Assembly: GCA_015057425.1 (NCBI GenBank)
Contig: SVEL01000011.1
Coordinates: 5,518 to 69,517, forward strand
Origin: Lachnospiraceae bacterium
GTDB lineage: Bacteria > Bacillota > Clostridia > Lachnospirales > Lachnospiraceae
Direction: 5' to 3'
Length of the DNA: 64,000 bases
Shown here: one piece after another, positions 39,296 through 47,900 of the stretch
How the letters are laid out: the number at the start of each line of letters is the position of its first letter
Numbering within the stretch: position 1 is the first letter of the stretch
Notes under the pieces: generated by a model
What the model was told of the DNA's origin: nothing
Database searches by the model: none
What the model saw: only the letters and a program-made list of their open reading frames with translations
Program-made: the position numbers and the translations under genes

Positions 39296-40137
39296 CAACA
39301 CCAGTTTACTTCAATGATTTTGAAGATGGCGCAGGCGATGCAACAATCGTAGGTAGTGGTGCAATTGAAGATGATGCCAATGAAAAATATGGAAAGGTTT
39401 TCCATAACGCAGTAGGCGATGCAACAAATGTTAGAACAAATTACTTGCTTTTACCGGAAGATGTATTATCACATAGCGTAGATTCAAAAGAATTAACTAT
39501 TCAGTTTTGGGTCAACTTAGGTGCAACAGGTACAAATGATATGTATTCTCCGTTATTTGGTGCTTATGCTGCAGAACCACCTGCAACAGGAAATTCATGG
39601 CCGATGTTGGTTCTTCAGTCAAGATTACTTGCTCAGGTTAACTGTGCCGGATGGAGTGATCTTACAGCAGATCAGAATCTTGAAGGCGGAAATACAGAAG
39701 ATGTTACATGGTTAGATGACAAAGAATGGCACTTATACACAGTTACATTTGATGAAGAAATCGTAACAATTTATGTTGATGGTGTTGTTAAGCAGAAATG
39801 GGATGCTTCAACAGATTATGGCACAAACACTGACACAACAGTAGCTGGTTTGTATTCAAACGGTGCAGACCTTAAGTATATCTGCCTTGGTGGTAACCAG
39901 GCTTGGAACTGGGGCGATCCAGATGCTGACTATTTATTTGATGATGTTGCAATCTACAACGTAGCTTTATCAGCAGATGATATTGCTGATGTTATGGAAG
40001 CAAAGACAGCAGAAGCTTCAGACACAGAAGATGCAACAGAAACAGGTGATATGACAGCAGTTCTTCCAGTAACTATCTTAGCAGTAGCTGCTATGGCAGT
40101 AGTTGTTGTTATGAGAAAGAGAACAGTTGCTGAATAA
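39226..40137 (+). CDS. secreted LamG-like surface protein, cassette paralog C
   Basis: Start MKKIFAVAMATVMTLAMSVSAFA. Motif FDDVAIYNVALSADDIADV. Same ETGD-TM-RKRTVAE tail. Confidence 0.85.
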   Translation: MKKIFAVAMATVMTLAMSVSAFAATPVYFNDFEDGAGDATIVGSGAIEDDANEKYGKVFHNAVGDATNVRTNYLLLPEDVLSHSVDSKELTIQFWVNLGATGTNDMYSPLFGAYAAEPPATGNSWPMLVLQSRLLAQVNCAGWSDLTADQNLEGGNTEDVTWLDDKEWHLYTVTFDEEIVTIYVDGVVKQKWDASTDYGTNTDTTVAGLYSNGADLKYICLGGNQAWNWGDPDADYLFDDVAIYNVALSADDIADVMEAKTAEASDTEDATETGDMTAVLPVTILAVAAMAVVVVMRKRTVAE

Positions 40138-40169
40138 TCAGCTTACTTAATAAATTAACTCTCACTAAT

Positions 40170-40251
40170 AAAGAAGTCATACTTTTGGGTATGACTTCTT
40201 TTTTGCTTGTTTTTCCTTTTCCCGCCGAGAGACAATGTCTCTCGGTTTTTT
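40170..40251 (+). terminator. twin terminator hairpins downstream of cassette gene C
   Basis: The same two hairpins as at 36786-36868, in mirror orientation. Confidence 0.7.
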
Positions 40252-40278
40252 ATACTCATTGTTTTTATGCAAAATGTA

Positions 40279-40306
40279 TTGACATATAAACAATATGTGG
40301 TATAAT
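40279..40306 (+). promoter_or_regulatory. promoter of the right Rpn gene
   Basis: TTGACA (40279-40284), 16 nt spacer, TGgTATAAT (-10 at 40301-40306). Confidence 0.6.
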
Positions 40307-40341
40307 GAATGAAAGGAAACTTCCTGTTTTGTAGGAGGTGT

Positions 40342-41238
40342 TTGTTAATTAATAAGGATTTTAAAGATTTAAATTTAAACAGTTCGTTTCTTTTTGCGGC
40401 AGTATTTGAAAATCCAGACAATTGCAGAATTATGCTGGAACTGTTACTTGGGAAACACATCGACAATCTAAGTGTTAAATCTGAGCATCCGCTACTTATA
40501 AGTACAGATGTCAAATGTATTCGGCTCGATGTACATGCCACAGATTCCTACGATGTTAATTATGATATCGAAGCACAGAATTTCTATGAGGATGACCTGG
40601 CAAAGAGAAGCCGTTATTATCAAGCAGAATTAGATGTGGCATCTTTAAAACCTGGTGACAGCTATGATAAACTTGGTGATTCTTTTATCATATTTATCTG
40701 TACATTTGATCCGTTCGGTCGAGGGCTTTGCAGATATACATATGAAGCCTCTTGTTCAGAGGATGGCGAAAAGCTTGGCGATGGCGCAAAAAGGATTTTC
40801 TTTAATACCAAAGGAAAAGATGTGGAGAGTTTATCTGCTGAACTGAGGGAGTTTTTTGGATATTTCGAAAACACAAATGACGCGTATGTATCAACTGTCA
40901 ACAATCCTTTGATACACAAGTTACATAAAGAAGTTACCAAACTTAAAAAGAGTCGTGAATTGGAGGCCGGATATATGAAGTTTGAAGAGTTGCTCAATCG
41001 AACATCGGAAAAAGCTAAGCGTGAAGGCAAAATTGAAGGTAAGATCGAAGATATATTACGTATACTCTGTCGCCTTGGTGATATCCCTGAAGATGTCACC
41101 TGTTCTATCAAGCACGAAAACAATTCAGAGATTCTCGATAAGTGGTTTGACATTGCAATAGAATCAAAAAACGTTGATGAATTTATAAAAAAGTTTAAAA
41201 GTCTGAACTCTAAGGATTATGGTGCTTACAAACTATAA
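40342..41238 (+). CDS. Rpn-family recombination-promoting nuclease / PD-(D/E)XK putative transposase (second copy)
   Basis: Roughly 85-90 percent identical by eye to the 35806-36663 product, with one 4 aa indel. The ORF-track ATG at 40309 lies 2 nt after the -10 and so upstream of the likely TSS. The real start is probably TTG 40342 or ATT 40348. Confidence 0.7.
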   Translation: MLINKDFKDLNLNSSFLFAAVFENPDNCRIMLELLLGKHIDNLSVKSEHPLLISTDVKCIRLDVHATDSYDVNYDIEAQNFYEDDLAKRSRYYQAELDVASLKPGDSYDKLGDSFIIFICTFDPFGRGLCRYTYEASCSEDGEKLGDGAKRIFFNTKGKDVESLSAELREFFGYFENTNDAYVSTVNNPLIHKLHKEVTKLKKSRELEAGYMKFEELLNRTSEKAKREGKIEGKIEDILRILCRLGDIPEDVTCSIKHENNSEILDKWFDIAIESKNVDEFIKKFKSLNSKDYGAYKL

Positions 41239-41382
41239 TCTGTCTATTTGATTAAAATTTATTATCATTAAAGATTTACACAGGAAGTTCCATCTTTTTA
41301 GAGAAGTGTTTTGGGTATATATTTATCTAAATCACTTCTCTTATTTTATCCCTATTTTCTTCATATCCCTTATGGCAGGTTC

Positions 41383-41512
41383 TCTAAATATATATTTTTA
41401 TCTTTGGGGAATACCGCATTAATATTGGAGGTAGAAAGAAAAATGAAGAAAATTTTTGCAGTAGCAGTAGCTACAGTAATGACACTTGCTATGTCAGTTT
41501 CAGCTTTCGCTG
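41383..41512 (+). repeat. conserved 5' module, copy D
   Basis: Same leader, RBS and signal peptide. The core has one change (tctaa). Confidence 0.8.
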
Positions 41513-42237
41513 CAACAGAAGACAGGGTTGTTTATCAGAAAAATACTTATGCACTTGATGGTGATGCAACAACAGTAGAAAGTATGGATAATCCATTATT
41601 AAATCTTGATGCAAGCAAGATTGTAGTTGAATTCACAGTAACATCTCAGCAGCAGTTTGCAGCTTGGCCTATGGTAGCTTGTTTCTACAATTTAGATGAT
41701 AACGATGCTCCAAGAGGTGCAGCAGCAGTCAATTACTGGCCAAAGATTGAATTAAACAAATTTGATGATCCAAACCAGTGGTGTTCAGCAGGTTCAGGTG
41801 AGGCAAACAACGGTGGTACAATTTATGCGGATACACACTGTGATGGTCAGCCACATACATACAAATATGAAATCACAGACACAGCTGTTGTTATGACAGT
41901 TGATGGTACAGTCATCACTACAAAGTATGGTTATGGTGATGGGGCTTCAACAGATGCTGAATGTGCTGCTATGATTTTGGATTATATGAATACAGCTGCG
42001 AAATTTTCATTAGGAGCTGGAAGCAATATTTTTACTTGGGGTGAATTAACAGGTACACTTGAAAACTTCAAGATTACAGCTACAGTAGAAGCAACTGAAC
42101 CAACTCCAACAGAAGGAACGGAAACAGAAGATGCAACAGAAACAGGAGATATGACAGCAGTTCTTCCAGTAGCTATCTTAGCAGTAGCTGCTATGGCAGT
42201 AGTAGTTGTTATGAGAAAGAGAACAGTTGCTGAATAA
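41443..42237 (+). CDS. secreted surface protein, cassette paralog D (divergent beta-rich core)
   Basis: Start MKKIFAVAVATVMTLAMSVSAFA. Same ETGD-TM-RKRTVAE tail. The core lacks the LamG end motif. Confidence 0.8.
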   Translation: MKKIFAVAVATVMTLAMSVSAFAATEDRVVYQKNTYALDGDATTVESMDNPLLNLDASKIVVEFTVTSQQQFAAWPMVACFYNLDDNDAPRGAAAVNYWPKIELNKFDDPNQWCSAGSGEANNGGTIYADTHCDGQPHTYKYEITDTAVVMTVDGTVITTKYGYGDGASTDAECAAMILDYMNTAAKFSLGAGSNIFTWGELTGTLENFKITATVEATEPTPTEGTETEDATETGDMTAVLPVAILAVAAMAVVVVMRKRTVAE

Positions 42238-42274
42238 TATTTAGTTACTGAATTTAATAACAAAAATAAGAACA

Positions 42275-42308
42275 AAATCCGGGACTTTAAAAGCCTCGGA
42301 TTTTATTT
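42275..42308 (+). terminator. terminator after paralog D
   Basis: The atccggg / cctcggat stem followed by TTTTATTTT. Confidence 0.55.
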
Positions 42309-42362
42309 TAAACAAAAAGTTTATAAAATTTTTATAATTTTTAGAAAAATGTTATTTAACCA

Positions 42363-42391
42363 TTGACAAATGATATAAAAGAATATAGAAT
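42363..42391 (+). promoter_or_regulatory. promoter of the 42450 gene
   Basis: TTGACA, 17 nt spacer, TAGAAT. Confidence 0.55.
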
Positions 42392-42449
42392 TAGCATTGT
42401 AAGGTAATTGGATTGTATGATTACAAAAAGTCTATTTGGGAGGAGAACA

Positions 42450-43295
42450 ATGAAGAAAAAGTTTTTTGCGGTAGTCGCTACGACTGTGATAACAGCTATG
42501 ATGTCGCTTACAGCATTTGCATCATCGTTTCAGCTTACAGAAAGTAGCACATACAAGTATGCCAATCCGTTAAAAGGTACTAATCCGGAAGAAGTAACTA
42601 TTGAATACACTATCACTGCAGCTGATAATGCAGCGGCAAATGGATGGGATGGTATATTATCATTCTATAACTCGAGTACATTGGGACGTGTTTCTATTCA
42701 AAGTCATCCGTATGTATGTTGGAATTCAGCTAATGCAGCAGCAGGATGGATTGACCATAAGGCATCAGCATTACAGATAAAGAAGGGCGTTGAACAGTCA
42801 TATAAGATTGTTATTAATAAGGATGGAATTCAGATGTTTTTAAATGGTGAAGCAATAACAAGTGCTGATACAGGTACATCGGCAGGCGATGCAACACCTA
42901 TAGCGGTTACATATCAGAATATTCTTGATGAAATTAACGGATGTGATTATTTCTTTGTAGGCGTAGGAAAAGCACAGTATTGCTATTGGAATACGGAGGT
43001 TTGTACGTTAACAGGCGTTAAAGTCAATGGTAAGGAATTTGACCCGGATAAGATTTTGCAGGAAGAGACAACGACGTTGGGAGTTCCTGAAAAGAACACT
43101 ATGGATTATGGTGTTCCTGTAGATGATAGCGGTTCAGTGAATATAGTGCCGGTTATTGTGGTATCGGTAGTTGCAGTTCTTGCAGTGGTTGTGGTTGTAG
43201 TTGTTCTTGTGATTGTTATATCTAAAGGAAAGAAAAAGAATAATGACGAAGAAATAAATAAAGAATCGCAGGAAGAGACGAATTCGGAAGAATAA
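42450..43295 (+). CDS. secreted, TM-anchored surface protein (lectin-like beta-rich ectodomain, acidic cytoplasmic tail)
   Basis: MKKKFFAVVATTVITAMMSLTAFA follows GGGAGGAG. C-terminal TM helix VPVIVVSVVAVLAVVVVVVVLVIVI, then KGKKK and an acidic tail. Confidence 0.75.
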   Translation: MKKKFFAVVATTVITAMMSLTAFASSFQLTESSTYKYANPLKGTNPEEVTIEYTITAADNAAANGWDGILSFYNSSTLGRVSIQSHPYVCWNSANAAAGWIDHKASALQIKKGVEQSYKIVINKDGIQMFLNGEAITSADTGTSAGDATPIAVTYQNILDEINGCDYFFVGVGKAQYCYWNTEVCTLTGVKVNGKEFDPDKILQEETTTLGVPEKNTMDYGVPVDDSGSVNIVPVIVVSVVAVLAVVVVVVVLVIVISKGKKKNNDEEINKESQEETNSEE

Positions 43296-43348
43296 ATTTA
43301 TACAAATTACTTTTGATTAATTTTATTTAATAATCGTTTTACTTTTAT

Positions 43349-43377
43349 TTGACTTTAATACATAAATGTGATATAAT
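43349..43377 (+). promoter_or_regulatory. promoter of the 43446 gene
   Basis: TTGACT, 17 nt spacer ending in TGa, TATAAT. Confidence 0.6.
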
Positions 43378-43445
43378 TTTGTCATATTTATGGGATAAAA
43401 GAAACATAAATTTATCAAATTCAATAATCTAAGGGAGGAAAGAAA

Positions 43446-44543
43446 ATGAAGAAAAGAATTTTTGCAGCAGTTATTACTGCTATGATGACAGTATCTATGG
43501 CTGTATCAGCATTTGCAGCAGATATTGAATCAGATCTTATTGGTAAGTTTACATTTGATGAAAACATCACAAATGCAGTTACCGGAGAAGACGCTAAGAT
43601 TATTGCTCAGAAGGGATTAGGCCCTGATGCAGCAGCAGTAGAGTACACATTCCCATTCGTAGATGGTGTAGATGGTAAGGCTCTTCATTTAGGTACAGAC
43701 ACAACAGGTGCAGCTAATACAAACGCACTTAACTTAAACCTTAAGGTTAAAGATGACCAGAACTATACATTCTCAGTATGGGTAAAGGCTTTCGAAGAAA
43801 GAGTTAACTTTGCTTGTCCTGTTGTTTGGATGGGTAAAGCAGTTCAGTCTCCAGAAAACTGGGTAGGTATCTGGCCAGGACTTGCTGGTGACTATGCAAA
43901 TGGTCCATGTTTCGGTGCTAACGGTATTATCGACAGCTCAGAAGTTGTTACAAGATTAGGTGCTGTACCTCTTACAGACGAAGGTCTTGGTATTAAGAAA
44001 CCTGTTAACGCTGAAGTTAAGACAACATTTGAATGGACAAATATTACTGCAGTAGTTAAAGATGGTATTGCTTGGTTATACTATGATGGAAAGTTAGTAG
44101 CTTCAACAGAAGGTAAGAACGGTACTAATGGTGATCAGCAGTTAACACCACATGTAAATGAAGATGATACAGTAAGCATTTACCTTGGTGCAAACTACTG
44201 GGATGCTCCGTTCGTAGGATATGTTGATGACTTATACATCTATGACAGAGCTTTAACAACAGAAGATGTAGTTGCATTAGTAACAGAAACAAACAAAGCC
44301 GGTGTTGCATTAGGCGACTATTCAGAATATGTTACAACAACAACAATCGACTACACAAAGAAACCAAGTATCAACAAGAATCCTGATTGGGTACAGGAAG
44401 AAGAAGATTCTATGTTAGTACCAATTATTATTGCAGCAGCAGTAGTAGTTGTATTAGTAGTAGTTATCGTATTGGTATTAGTAGTAAGCAAGTCAAAGAA
44501 GAAAGACGATGCTGAAGAAGATGCAGAAGATACAAACGCTTAA
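43446..44543 (+). CDS. secreted LamG-domain protein with C-terminal TM anchor and acidic tail
   Basis: 365 aa. Signal peptide ending SAFA, LamG motif VDDLYIYDRALTTEDVVAL, TM helix, then KSKKKDDAEEDAEDTNA. Confidence 0.85.
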   Translation: MKKRIFAAVITAMMTVSMAVSAFAADIESDLIGKFTFDENITNAVTGEDAKIIAQKGLGPDAAAVEYTFPFVDGVDGKALHLGTDTTGAANTNALNLNLKVKDDQNYTFSVWVKAFEERVNFACPVVWMGKAVQSPENWVGIWPGLAGDYANGPCFGANGIIDSSEVVTRLGAVPLTDEGLGIKKPVNAEVKTTFEWTNITAVVKDGIAWLYYDGKLVASTEGKNGTNGDQQLTPHVNEDDTVSIYLGANYWDAPFVGYVDDLYIYDRALTTEDVVALVTETNKAGVALGDYSEYVTTTTIDYTKKPSINKNPDWVQEEEDSMLVPIIIAAAVVVVLVVVIVLVLVVSKSKKKDDAEEDAEDTNA

Positions 44544-44582
44544 TATTTGTGCTTGATTTATAGTTATTGAATATTGATAAGA

Positions 44583-44615
44583 AAAGGGATGCCAAAGTAA
44601 TGGCGTCCCTTTTTA
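44583..44615 (+). terminator. rho-independent terminator
   Basis: The aagggatgcc / ggcgtccctt stem followed by TTTT. Confidence 0.75.
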
Positions 44616-44746
44616 TGTGCATTTTTAACAAAAAAACTTTGATATAAAATAAAAAGCAGTGGCTTTGTACAAAATTACTAAAATTTCCAAAGGTATTAAA
44701 TTTTTATAAATATAGTAAATATGTACAAAAATAGGGGGTAGTTTTC

Positions 44747-44775
44747 TTGACTTTTAGGGTAATTATGTATATAAT
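44747..44775 (+). promoter_or_regulatory. promoter of the glycan-uptake locus
   Basis: TTGACT (44747-44752), 17 nt spacer, TATAAT (44770-44775). It leaves a ~155 nt leader. Confidence 0.6.
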
Positions 44776-44799
44776 CGTACCATAGTATCAATATGCCCT

Positions 44800-44837
44800 A
44801 TTGTGAAACCTACGTAAATTTGCGCATGTTTCACAAT
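44800..44837 (+). promoter_or_regulatory. perfect 10 bp inverted repeat in the leader (ATTGTGAAAC-N18-GTTTCACAAT)
   Basis: Read directly. It could be an operator or an RNA hairpin. A second small hairpin lies at 44861-44876. Confidence 0.4.
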
Positions 44838-44931
44838 AAATTATGCTCATTTGGCTGAAACATGCCGTTTGGCATGCTCCAAATGATACTGGACAAAAAA
44901 GAAATGATAAAACACAGAGGGAGGCAAGTGT

Positions 44932-47900
44932 ATGAAACGTCGAAGTATTACTCGTTTACTGGCTTTGTTGCTTGTAATCAGCGTTTTTGCATGTGACTTA
45001 ACGGTATTTGCAGAAACAGCAACAGCAGATGAGTCAGGCGATAAGACTGTTGCGGAAGAAACAACAGGTAATGATACGGAAGATGAAAAGTCCGATGATG
45101 CGTCAGAAAAAGACAAGGAAACTGATGCAAATGCAACTGAATACATTAGTGACAGAATTGACAAGAACTACACTAATATCAGTAGCAAGTATACTTATAG
45201 CAAATATACAGGAGATGTGATAAAGTACAATATCCTTGATATCTATAAGTCAACTGTTGATGCAGAGAAGAAAGTAGTTGATTCTCTTACAACAGAAACA
45301 TTGAATTATGAAAATGCAGATAAAGTTGTAGATATAGGCATGGGTGATACAGCTACATTTATCATTGATGTAGCACAGGCCGGTGTGTATGTATTTGCGA
45401 TGGATCAGGTTTGTTATGAAACAGATTCAATTCTTGCAGTTGAAATGACACTTAAAGTAAATGGTGAAGTGCCATTCTACGAATGTAACAGACTTGTATT
45501 TGAAAGCAAGTGGAAAGAAGCAGAAGAAAAAGTATATGATAAGTACGGTAATGAAATCGTTGCTTCTCCATCAAAGGTTGTTGAATGGAGCAAGGCATAT
45601 ATTAAGGATGCAAGCTTCAGATACACAACACCGCTTTTACTCCAGCTTGAAGCCGGTAAGAATGAAATTTCAATGAAGGTTACAGAAGGTAGTATCAAGA
45701 TTGGTGACTTCTATCTTATGGGCGAAACTTCAGTTCCAAAGTACGAGACAAATCATGTTGCAGAAGGAAACTTCTTCATACAGATGGAAGCTGAAAAGCC
45801 TACATATAAGAATGACTCATCAATTCGTCCGACATGTGAATATGATCCGGACCTTACACCTTACAACTCAAAGAAGAAAGTTCTTAACATTCTTGATAGT
45901 GCATCATTTGCAGATTCAGGTATGTCGTTGACATATGAATTTACTGTTCCAGCTGATGGATATTATTATATAGGAATGAACTACAGACAGTCAGATAAAG
46001 TTGACTTCCCTGTATTCACAAATATCTATGTAGATGGACAGATTCCAAATGACCAGCTTCAGGGATATGGAATCTACTATGCAAAGAACTTTAAGAAAAC
46101 AACTGTAAAAGATTCAAATGGTAAGAAGATGGGTATCTACCTTACAGAAGGTACACACCAGGTTACTATCGAACTTGCAAATGATAAGATTAGAGAATGT
46201 CTTGAAAGCTTCGACAGAGTAATGAGTGAAGTAAATGACCTTTCTCTTGAAATTACAAAGGTTGCAGGTACAACAACATCAGAATACCGTGATATTGAAA
46301 TTAAAGAATACATCCCTGATATTGAAGAGAGACTTCAGAGATGGATTGATGAAATAGAAGAATCATACAAATATCTTTCACAGTTCTCAAATGCAAAGAA
46401 CTGCGGTACAATTTCATACCTTGTAACAGCAATTGAAAGACTTGAAGATCTTGCAAAGGATCCTAACGATATTCCATATAGAAGAGGAGAACTTGCAACA
46501 GATACAGCTTCAGTTAACCAGGATATTGCTAATACAATCAACGAGTTAAATGCAAACAACCTCTCAATTGACTCAATATACATCTACCAGGAAGGTGGAA
46601 AAGATCAGATTCCTGGCAAGACAAACATTTTTGTTAAGATTTGGGAATCAGTGGTAAGATTTATAGCATCATTCGGTGCACAGTCGTACTCAACAGGTGA
46701 TGCTGATCCAACACATCTTCAGGTATGGATTAACAGACCAAGACAGTATCTGGAAATCATCCAGCAGTTAGTTGATACAACATTCACACCACAGACAGGT
46801 ATTGAAGTTGATCTTTGTATTATGCCGGATGCACAGAAACTCATTCTTGCAAATGCTGCAGGTGAATCACCTGACGTAGCACAGGCTATTGATTATACAC
46901 AGCCATTTGAGCTTGCTGTAAGAAATGCACTTGTGGATCTTACGCAATTTGAAGATTACAAAGAAGTAATGGGTTGGTTCCCGGAAGGTATTTTAGTACC
47001 TTCTGTAGCACCGTCAGATAATGAATATGGCGCAGGTATTTATTCATTGCCTGAGACGTTCTACTTCTGGGTATTGTTCTACAGAACAGATATTCTTGAA
47101 AAATTAAATATAGAAGTACCGGAGACGATGGCAGATGTTCAGACAATCATTCCACAGCTTAAGAACAGAGGTCTGGAATTCTTCTATCCTACAGCAGGTA
47201 CAACAGGTCAGAGATCATTTGCTATGACAACACCGTTATTATATCAGTACGGAACAAGTTTGTATGTGGCAACTGATGACGAAGCATCTTCAAAGGCATA
47301 CTATGCAACAGCTATTAACAGCGAAGATGGTATTGCAGGTTTTGAAGCACTTACAGAATTATTTACAATTTATGATATTCCACAGGAATGTTCATCGTTC
47401 TTCCAGCATTTCAGAAATGGTGATGTTCCAATCGGTATCGCAGATTACTTTATGTACAGCCAGCTTATCAATGCAGCTCCTGAAATTGAAAACTCATGGG
47501 AAATTTCATTAGTACCAGGTATTCAGCAGACAGATGCAGAAGGCAAGCCTATGTATGATGAAGAAGGTAAGCCAATCACACTTAATATGACAGCAGGTGC
47601 TGCACAGAATTCATGTATTATGAAGAGTGATAGTGATGTTCTTGTTACAAATATTAATGGTGGTGAAGATTACAAGAGAGAAGATGCTGCTTGGGAATAT
47701 CTTAAGTGGTGGATGTCAACAGAAACTCAGGTTGCATTTGGTAACAACCTTCAGATAACATATGGTAAGGAATATATTTGGAACTCAGCTAATATCGAAG
47801 CATTCCAGAAACTTTCATGGAAGAGCAGAGATAAGGCAATTATTGTAGAAGCAATGGAAAACATTGTTGAATCACCACGTATTCCTGGAACATATATGTT

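Larger units (their letters stand above)
40018..41387. repeat. right arm of the ~1.35 kb inverted repeat
   Basis: Reverse complement of 35659-37020. The outer end lies at the core (tctaa) upstream of paralog D. Confidence 0.85.

Noticed and set aside
40309-40341. ATG 40309 as the start of the right Rpn gene.
   Set aside because: It lies 2 nt downstream of the TATAAT hexamer and is therefore probably not transcribed. The equivalent frame in the left copy is closed by a stop codon.
34002-44615. Prophage or integrative conjugative element anchored by the serine recombinase.
   Set aside because: There are no capsid, tail, terminase, relaxase, T4SS or replication genes, and I found no flanking direct repeats. 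The site architecture fits inversion better, although an ancient integration cannot be excluded.
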